Positions 57,376-64,000 of a stretch of 64,000 nucleotides of DNA are shown here, one piece after another. The stretch is taken from assembly GCA_964611285.1 (NCBI GenBank), contig CAZSZY010000001.1, positions 1,593 to 65,592 of the forward strand, in the 5' to 3' direction. Below the pieces are notes generated by a model that worked only from the letters and a program-made list of their open reading frames with translations, searched no databases and was not told where the DNA came from. The DNA comes from an uncultured Methanosarcinales archaeon (GTDB lineage: Archaea > Nanobdellota > Nanobdellia > Woesearchaeales > SKGA01). Position 1 is the stretch's first letter; every line of letters begins with the position of its first letter. A program made the position numbers and the translations under genes.

Positions 57376-60300
57376 ATTTGACCTCTCGTATCACCTAAGT
57401 GCGGTGCTCCATAATAACAACAACTTGTTGTTGTTTGCCGAGCGTCTTCAGCGGCAGTCCATTTACGAGTTCCCATTTCAAAATGCCACCATTCTTTTCC
57501 ATAACGAACAAAACCATGTTGACACATAAATGATTCTTGTTGCACATAATCTATTTGTTTTGATGTTGCTAAGTCAACTATTTGAATATCTATTGCGCCG
57601 CCAACTTGGTGTGGACAAAGCTTTGCTTTAGGATCATCCTTACTTCCAGGATTACAAGCCATACTACTATCAAATCCTGATAACTCCCAAAGTTTGTATT
57701 GAATATCCCATGAACGATGTGCTTGTGTAATTATCATCGTCCAACCTTTTTGCTTGAGCTCTGGCGATAATTTTTTTAATTCTGTCACGAGTTGTTCATT
57801 GCCTGCACATATTTTTCCTACACTCGTTTGTGTTTCATCACAAATAACGTTCGGAATATCTGTTATTTGATATAGTGGACTAACTTTATCTAAAGGATTT
57901 ACAAATCCCGGATATATTTTTAGATTGCTTGCTGTTTTTGGAATTAAATCATCTGTTGTTATGAACATATTTTTGTTGTGTATACAAATGAAATTTGCTG
58001 CATAGTTGCTTGTGGTAAATTGTGTTCCTGCCTTAAGCAAGCTCAGTTCTGTATCTGAAAGTGGAAGAGGACTGTTTTGCGAGTCTAGAAATTTAAAAGA
58101 TGAAGTTTGAGTTGATGTTCCGTTGTTTCCATAGTTATCAACAGGTGTTATTCGGTAATAATAATCAATATTATCTTCAAAGGATTTTCCATAAGGACTT
58201 TTTCCATTAACTTTAAAGAAATATTTGTTCACTTGCCCTGATTGCACACCAAGTTGTTCAAGTATCGCGGGATATTGTTGACTAATTGGTAATTCTAATG
58301 CTGTTGCCACAAGAACGTTTTGTTGTCCTACATTTGTTTTAAAAGACACATCCTCTGAAATTTCAATAATAAAAGAATATATTTCTTCTTGATTGGATGG
58401 CGTTTCCCACTTCAGAAGTATTGTTGAAGAAAGGCCTAAGATGTCCAGTTGCCCAGTAAAAGGAAGAGATTCTATAGATGAAGGATTGACTAATGGACTA
58501 TTAAAAATGGTTTGAGAATCAAACCCCAAAGGATTCAGTGATGGTGTTTCTAAACAAACACCAGTAGTTGAAGATGTAGCAGGCCGAACTTGCGGTGGTT
58601 TGACATCATTTAAGTAGACACTAAATTTGAGAATATCTCCTGTAGTAAGTATTTCTGCTTGAAAACTAAAATAATGTTTATTGTCTTCACAAGTAAGATG
58701 TGTAACATTTTGTTGATAAGGAAGCCATGTCATTGATGAATATGTTTGTTTGAGAAGGCCGAACGCGAGAACGTCTGTTCCTGTTTGAGAACCTGCAGGA
58801 TTTGTTGGTGTAATAATATTCCAAGGATTTGTAGTGGTAGATATTTTTCCCGCGCCCGTATCATCCACCCATAACTTTGCATCATCTATATCTTGGGTGT
58901 TTCCTGTTATATTAAGAATAATTGCTGATTGCGATAATGAAAGATTACTTGTTGGAATTGCGGGATTAAAAGGGAATTCGTACACGAATTTTCCTTCTGC
59001 AGTAAATGTTCCATTTGAAAAGAATATCATGTTTTGATGTTTTTTTCCCAATCCTCTATAATCAGTAACTATTGGACAAATACAATCTTTTTGTTCGTTA
59101 AATCGACAATCCAAAACTTGCTCCACCACATCATCTGCTAAAGGATTGTCTTCTTTTAATCGAGTAATAATAATATTTTTTGCATGTTTTCCATTAAACT
59201 GTTGCATTTTAGCAAGCACACAAGTTTCTAAATCATTATCACATGTTTTAAGCTCAGGAATGAAGTCTTGAGAGATAAAATTCATTGTTGCCAAATCCAT
59301 TTTTGTTGATGTTGAGAATGCAGGTGTAAATGTTAATTCTGAAGTAATATGTAGTGATGAGAGTGCTGATAAGTCATCCCAGTTTGCATCAAAATATGCT
59401 CTCCACGAGCAATATAATCCTTTCGCTCGCTCTGCATACTCGCATGTTTTGTCTTGCACAAAATATTGTTTGCCACTACCTATGACTTTTTCGTAACTTC
59501 CTTGATAAATACAGAATATACAATTCCAAAATGTTTCAGGGGTGTTTTTGTATGCTGAGCATTCTTCGTATTTTCCTGTGACAGCATCAACACCATCCAA
59601 TGCTTCTTTGTATGCTCCTAAATCTGTTTTTGCAGTACAACTTGTTTGACTTTCGTCAGATACAACCCACTGTCCTGTACAACCACAACCTGCAGCGCAA
59701 GATAACGGCCAACCACAACCAGTTAACGAACTTTTTTGTTGGCTAGTACATTTATCATTTTTTCCTAAGCTTGATTCTAAAACCATGTGCGTAACTAAAA
59801 GTGCAGGGTCTACCCCAGAATCAATAGCTGTTTGTATTGCTAAATCGTAGTATGTTAATTGTGGTGATTTGAATGGTTTAGAACTAAGTTGATTAATATA
59901 ATTCTGTGATGGTGCTGATACTGTTGTTTGTGCGTCACACCATTCAAAAGGTCCAATAAATGGAGGGATGACTTGTAAGTCAGGTGGTAAGAGAGCATTT
60001 CCACTTGCCTGATAAGAAGGTCTAAATATTGCTTCTATTTTGGTGTCTAAACCTGATGCATATTTTTCTGGTAAGAATTCTTTTACCAAACCTTTTTTTG
60101 GATCAGCATGAATAATAATTGGTTTGCCTGCTATCTTATCTGTTTCAATGTATATCGCTATATAAATTCCGCCTCCAGGAACATCGGAACCGTCTTCTCG
60201 CACTCGTTGTTCGTCTCGCAGGAAAAGTATGTCTCCTGGCTCTGCGTTTGTTAAAAGATATGCAAGCGTGCAGGTTTTTTGTTTGCAGACAAGTGATTGT

Positions 60301-61280
60301 GCTTCTGCTTGTTGTAAGTATGTCGCTTCTCCTTCTCGATTTGTAAAAAAAGTTATATTGGCATGTTTTGCTACCCACCACACCCATCCTGCGCTATCAA
60401 ATCCTGGCGGAAGCAGAGTTCGTTGAGTAAATCTATCATCAGGAATGGTTAATCTTGAAAAAAATGTATCTGTTAAAGAAACAATTGAAGATGGTTGCGT
60501 GGGTGTTGTTGTTGGCGCTACGTATCCTGAAAGAGTTCGTACATCTTGCGGACAATAAGGTGATTCTCCATTGACAATATAAGCGTATTTTTTATTTTGT
60601 GTTTTGTAAGTCTCGTAAAGTAAATTGGTAACTTGTGCAAAACATTCGCCTGTTGAGCACGTTATTGGTTTTTCTTTTGTGTAAAAACCAAGCGCGGTTT
60701 TAGGATATTGTTTTCTAATTAAAAAAAGATCTTTGCAAGTATATGTTTTTGCTTGATCAGTTGTGCTTTTTGAGATGAAGGGGAGAGAAACTTCTTCTCC
60801 TGATGCTTGCAGAGCAAGTTCTTGCGATGATAGTTGAGCAAGATTTAAATCGTATAAGAAATAAAGTGGAGTATCTCCTGGATAATGTTGTAGATAGTTA
60901 AAGAAGAAGTCATCAAAATAATTTTTTATAGTATTAGAATATTTGGGCATACAGTCTTTTGTTTTTGAATTATAATTTGGATACAAATAATTTCCGCAGG
61001 CAGAGGGCACCGTATCGCCTGTTTCTGTGAGTTGTTGATAAACACCAGCACTTTCTAGAAACGCACTTCTTGTTAATGTTGCTGAAAGGTCAGCTGCTTT
61101 GTCTATATACGTGTTTGCCGCCGCGGCTTTTTCTACCTGTTGTAAGATAGTATACTGATTTACACCTATATCATTCTTAACAGTTGTCAATGAGTTATTT
61201 GAAACGAGAAGAGCAACTCCTATCAAGAAGAAAAGCGCGACAAGTGGCCATTGTACTCCTCCTTTTTTTCCTCGTATCAT
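57363..61280 (-). CDS. Giant secreted multidomain protein with a pilin-like N-terminus, an SLT/lysozyme-like segment, Ig/FN3-like repeats and a C-terminal VanY/peptidase-M15 (D,D-peptidase) domain
   Basis: 1305 aa. The N-terminus is MIRGKKGGVQWPLVALFFLIGVALLV. The SLT-like segment is GVDPALLVTHMVLESSLGKND. The C-terminal M15 motifs are ITQAHRSWDIQ, CPHQVGGAIDIQ (HxxGxAxD) and GKEWWHFE (ExWH). Confidence 0.6.
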   Translation of the reverse strand: MIRGKKGGVQWPLVALFFLIGVALLVSNNSLTTVKNDIGVNQYTILQQVEKAAAANTYIDKAADLSATLTRSAFLESAGVYQQLTETGDTVPSACGNYLYPNYNSKTKDCMPKYSNTIKNYFDDFFFNYLQHYPGDTPLYFLYDLNLAQLSSQELALQASGEEVSLPFISKSTTDQAKTYTCKDLFLIRKQYPKTALGFYTKEKPITCSTGECFAQVTNLLYETYKTQNKKYAYIVNGESPYCPQDVRTLSGYVAPTTTPTQPSSIVSLTDTFFSRLTIPDDRFTQRTLLPPGFDSAGWVWWVAKHANITFFTNREGEATYLQQAEAQSLVCKQKTCTLAYLLTNAEPGDILFLRDEQRVREDGSDVPGGGIYIAIYIETDKIAGKPIIIHADPKKGLVKEFLPEKYASGLDTKIEAIFRPSYQASGNALLPPDLQVIPPFIGPFEWCDAQTTVSAPSQNYINQLSSKPFKSPQLTYYDLAIQTAIDSGVDPALLVTHMVLESSLGKNDKCTSQQKSSLTGCGWPLSCAAGCGCTGQWVVSDESQTSCTAKTDLGAYKEALDGVDAVTGKYEECSAYKNTPETFWNCIFCIYQGSYEKVIGSGKQYFVQDKTCEYAERAKGLYCSWRAYFDANWDDLSALSSLHITSELTFTPAFSTSTKMDLATMNFISQDFIPELKTCDNDLETCVLAKMQQFNGKHAKNIIITRLKEDNPLADDVVEQVLDCRFNEQKDCICPIVTDYRGLGKKHQNMIFFSNGTFTAEGKFVYEFPFNPAIPTSNLSLSQSAIILNITGNTQDIDDAKLWVDDTGAGKISTTTNPWNIITPTNPAGSQTGTDVLAFGLLKQTYSSMTWLPYQQNVTHLTCEDNKHYFSFQAEILTTGDILKFSVYLNDVKPPQVRPATSSTTGVCLETPSLNPLGFDSQTIFNSPLVNPSSIESLPFTGQLDILGLSSTILLKWETPSNQEEIYSFIIEISEDVSFKTNVGQQNVLVATALELPISQQYPAILEQLGVQSGQVNKYFFKVNGKSPYGKSFEDNIDYYYRITPVDNYGNNGTSTQTSSFKFLDSQNSPLPLSDTELSLLKAGTQFTTSNYAANFICIHNKNMFITTDDLIPKTASNLKIYPGFVNPLDKVSPLYQITDIPNVICDETQTSVGKICAGNEQLVTELKKLSPELKQKGWTMIITQAHRSWDIQYKLWELSGFDSSMACNPGSKDDPKAKLCPHQVGGAIDIQIVDLATSKQIDYVQQESFMCQHGFVRYGKEWWHFEMGTRKWTAAEDARQTTTSCCYYGAPHLGDTRGQICNI

Positions 61281-61942
61281 CGTGTAAATAAATTAACCTC
61301 AACCATTAATTTAATGAAGTTTGCGCGATACGTCGTTTCTGGTTTTCGCATTTCTACAACAACAATATATTGATTTGGACCAAAGTTGCCGACTTTTTGT
61401 GTTGGTAGAGTAACTATTGCTTGTATTTCGTTTTGTTTTTTTAATTTCCCTGGATGAGAATACTCGTGTACATCTTTTCCTGTTGTTGTATCTACAAGTC
61501 TGATAACGTAATACACATCTTCTGCATATTCCATAAATGATTGTTGTAACTTTTTACTAAGTGGTTGATAGTAATTCATGGTGTGTTCAAACTCATCTTC
61601 CAATATATCTGATTTTAGCACGTCTCTTCGTGCTTCAACGATTTTATCTTTTGGATGAAGCGTCATGTAATAGTCTAGAAGCGCAAATTCTACAATGAAT
61701 GTTTGTGGCGTTCCTTGCTCGCCATCAATAATTAAAGGTGTTTGCATATATGTTTGTAAGAGCCGTTGTTGCTCGTAGCTATTATGAAGCTCGTAAACAT
61801 CGTCAGTAACTGATTTTCCTACAAGCGTATTTACTTGGTTAAATATGATAAATCCTGCAACAATTAAAAGAAGTGCAAAAAATATTGATGCGATATCGTC
61901 AGACATCCAACCAACTCCTTTTTTGTTCATTCTTCTAACCAT
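61277..61942 (-). CDS. Type IV pilin-like protein (class III signal peptide candidate)
   Basis: About 217 aa if the start is M5 at 61930. The N-terminus is MNKKGVGWMSDDIASIFFALLLIVAGFIIF, i.e. KKG followed by a hydrophobic helix. Confidence 0.5.
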   Translation of the reverse strand: MVRRMNKKGVGWMSDDIASIFFALLLIVAGFIIFNQVNTLVGKSVTDDVYELHNSYEQQRLLQTYMQTPLIIDGEQGTPQTFIVEFALLDYYMTLHPKDKIVEARRDVLKSDILEDEFEHTMNYYQPLSKKLQQSFMEYAEDVYYVIRLVDTTTGKDVHEYSHPGKLKKQNEIQAIVTLPTQKVGNFGPNQYIVVVEMRKPETTYRANFIKLMVEVNLFTR

Positions 61943-62768
61943 AAAATGTCACCTTAAGTTCTGCTGGCATGAGTTTTCCTGTGGTTGTTTTGACTTGACA
62001 AATTCCTTTGTAGTCTGCTACAAAATCTTGATAGGTACAAGCACCAACTTTTGAATAACAAAAATCGGAAAGTTTTGGTTGTGGATTGTATTTTGCTGCT
62101 TGAGCACTAAGAGAAAGTAAGCATGTTGCGTTGGGATTATTTGGAACTAAAGTTACTGCATCAGTAATACAGTCTTCAATTGCTTTAAAGTCATCTTCTG
62201 ATAATTCAACTGGCATGTTAAACAAACAGTCGTTTTGTTTATTTGCTTCAAGAAGTGCATCTTTTCTAAGACCACAAAATTCTTTATGATATACTTCTTT
62301 CACAAGAACGTATCGTTCTTGCGCAGGAGCTGGTTTCATATTCTTAATAATTTCAAGGGGGGATAGTTTACTATCTGTTTCTAGAAGTATTGCTCGTCGC
62401 ACTTGAAATGCATTTGGATCTGTTGGTAATGGACGCACATCAATAGTCACTGTGGGCAAGATATCTTCGCCTACAAAGCACTCATGTATGCGCGTATCTG
62501 ATATTTTTGATAGGTCAATAATGCTAGGATGTACTTCTGATTGTTGTGCTGTTGTTTGCTCCGTCCATGAAAAACAAGTATTTGTAACTCGTGAGATAAA
62601 AAGATCTTCATTAAGTTGATATGGTGTTTTGGTTAGTGATGCAAAAAAGGTTGCTCCAAAGCCCCATATTGAGAAGACTAACCATATAGAAATAATGAGA
62701 CCTATAAGCCAATAAAATACTTTACTAGTAGTAACTTCCTGACCTTTTTTGTTATCAAATAATCGCAT
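61935..62768 (-). CDS. Type IV pilin-like protein (class III signal peptide candidate)
   Basis: 277 aa. The N-terminus is MRLFDNKKGQEVTTSKVFYWLIGLIISIWLVF, a KKGQ motif followed by a hydrophobic helix. Confidence 0.55.
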   Translation of the reverse strand: MRLFDNKKGQEVTTSKVFYWLIGLIISIWLVFSIWGFGATFFASLTKTPYQLNEDLFISRVTNTCFSWTEQTTAQQSEVHPSIIDLSKISDTRIHECFVGEDILPTVTIDVRPLPTDPNAFQVRRAILLETDSKLSPLEIIKNMKPAPAQERYVLVKEVYHKEFCGLRKDALLEANKQNDCLFNMPVELSEDDFKAIEDCITDAVTLVPNNPNATCLLSLSAQAAKYNPQPKLSDFCYSKVGACTYQDFVADYKGICQVKTTTGKLMPAELKVTFYG

Positions 62769-62846
62769 AGCTATTTCACTTTAATTTCTGCGTATTTATC
62801 GCTTATATAACTTACCTTCCTATAGAAACCACTCTAAAGTAAAGAA

Positions 62847-63755
62847 CTAAGGATTAAGTGTTTTTTGTGCTTGGGGATAGGTTTGTTCTATTGCTGCTGC
62901 AATAGCTCCGGCAATTATTCGTTGTGTATCTGAGTCCTGAAGCGTGGCAAAGTTTGCATGTGATGTTCCCAAAGAAATGTCCATTGTTCCTTGCGAATAT
63001 GAATAAGTTTGTTGTCCACCAATAATAGGTTGTAAAAGACCATCTAATACTTGCCTACTATTTGCTACTAAAAGTCGAACTGCATCAGGATTAATATCTG
63101 AATAATAAATAATATGTTGTTGCTCAGGTGAGAAACTAAGTTGCACAATAATTGTTGCTTGAGACTCGGGAACTGTTGGAATATGGAGTGCTGCTAATTG
63201 TTGATTGAGTGCTTGCGCAATATTCGTAAGAATGTTTGCATCTCCGCTCGTGCCAGGAACTGTTGTTACAGCAATTTTTACATTTGTTAGTCCTGTTGCT
63301 TGTGAAGTTACTTGTGCTAATGATACAGACCCATCATGCACTATTACCGCGCTTCCTTGTTTTGTAAGAATAACAAGTGCCGCATCAAGTGTTGTTTCGG
63401 CTGGAAGCACAACGTCATCTGAGCCGTAAAAATAGTATTCATGAAATGTGGTTAGTCTAGATATCTTTTTTTGAGGAGCATCTTTTGCCGCGACAACTTG
63501 TATACTATTATCTTTTTGAATAACACTTCTTGTCTGTAGAGAAACAGGATGTTGATAAGTAACATCGTATGGTGATGAGTGAAGTGCTTCTAACTCCAAA
63601 GCCACATTTTTTGCTAATATAGTACTCTCTAATTTTTCTGGATGAATATACACATCAACTAAGTTAAGTAATACAATCCCGACCATCGCCGCAATAATAA
63701 GACCGCCTATGGTTGCAAGGTTCCACTCAACGGATGCTTTTTTATTTGTAAACAT
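62847..63755 (-). CDS. Type IV pilin-like protein (class III signal peptide candidate)
   Basis: Likely start is the second Met at 63755, giving MFTNKKASVEWNLATIGGLIIAAMVGIVLL. The drawn ORF extends to 63800, overlapping the upstream stop. Confidence 0.5.
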   Translation of the reverse strand: MFTNKKASVEWNLATIGGLIIAAMVGIVLLNLVDVYIHPEKLESTILAKNVALELEALHSSPYDVTYQHPVSLQTRSVIQKDNSIQVVAAKDAPQKKISRLTTFHEYYFYGSDDVVLPAETTLDAALVILTKQGSAVIVHDGSVSLAQVTSQATGLTNVKIAVTTVPGTSGDANILTNIAQALNQQLAALHIPTVPESQATIIVQLSFSPEQQHIIYYSDINPDAVRLLVANSRQVLDGLLQPIIGGQQTYSYSQGTMDISLGTSHANFATLQDSDTQRIIAGAIAAAIEQTYPQAQKTLNP

Positions 63756-63768
63756 TATATTTCTCTTA

Positions 63769-64000
63769 TTATTGTACTGATTCAAAACTCTTGGAAACAA
63801 GTGTTAACAGAAGAATTCTACTTGGAGGGGGTCCAGATTGCTCTTTAATGCTTGGTTTAAATGCTTGTCCTAAAGATTGTGTTTCTGTCTGATTTGGAAT
63901 TCCTGTTCCTATCGCGGTACATATATCTTCGACTGATTTTTCAGTAATATACAGTTTTGATGAAGTTTCTTGATTGTTAAGAAGAACGTTATCTACTACA
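63769..64000 (-). CDS. 3' end of a further gene of the pilin-like cluster (C-terminal fragment; the gene continues beyond the window)
   Basis: A manually translated open frame ...IGTGIPNQTETQSLGQAFKPSIKEQSGPPPSRILLLTLVSKSFESVQ* ends at a TAA whose reverse complement lies at 63769-63771. It is not in the ORF track because it is partial. Confidence 0.35.
   Translation of the reverse strand, partial: VVDNVLLNNQETSSKLYITEKSVEDICTAIGTGIPNQTETQSLGQAFKPSIKEQSGPPPSRILLLTLVSKSFESVQ

Noticed and set aside
1-64000. CRISPR arrays, transposases, integrases, prophage genes
   Set aside because: I saw no regularly spaced direct repeats of 25-40 bp. I saw no DDE/tyrosine-recombinase motifs. The tRNA-Phe is not flanked by integrase-like genes or by obvious direct repeats

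Overview
The window is an AT-rich, gene-dense segment of an archaeal chromosome. Archaeal identity is supported by topoisomerase VI A/B, an Rio1-type kinase next to a Dim2-like KH protein, aNAC, a Sec61beta-like mini-gene, an RPA with the euryarchaeal-type N-terminus, a DhnA-type class I aldolase, an arcTGT-type transglycosylase, an RNase P RNA, a tRNA-Phe, and BRE/TATA promoters placed about 25 nt before start codons (leaderless mRNAs). The combination of small-genome housekeeping genes with very many large secreted or membrane proteins suggests a DPANN-like or similarly reduced archaeon; this is inference only. I saw no CRISPR array, transposase or integrase. Housekeeping genes include bacterial-type AspRS, AsnRS, a YbaK deacylase, cyclophilin, a translin-like protein, a Trm11-like methyltransferase, a PfkB kinase, a GH13 enzyme, ABC and MFS transporters and an Mre11-like nuclease. 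Three loci stand out. First, at 57.3-64 kb a 1305-aa secreted protein carrying peptidoglycan-hydrolase signatures (VanY/M15 motifs HxxGxAxD and EWWH, plus an SLT-like segment) is followed by three or four small proteins whose N-termini look like archaeal class III (type IV pilin) signal peptides (KKG/KKA followed by a hydrophobic helix). The giant protein has the same kind of N-terminus. Second, at 11.7-19.3 kb there is a type IV pilus/archaellum-like assembly module: an 804-aa FlaI/VirB11-family ATPase with a long N-terminal extension, a FlaJ/TadC-like platform protein and three tandem paralogous membrane proteins. Third, surface-protein paralog clusters at 0-6.5 kb and 47-50 kb; the 47-50 kb pair shares a C-terminal motif + TM + basic tail that could be a sorting signal. 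Other notable items are a ferredoxin-fused [FeFe]-hydrogenase-like protein whose proton-transfer Cys is replaced by Thr, a fusion of an APC permease to a SAM-methyltransferase fold, and two RNA/mini genes invisible in the ORF track (RNase P RNA and Sec61beta).
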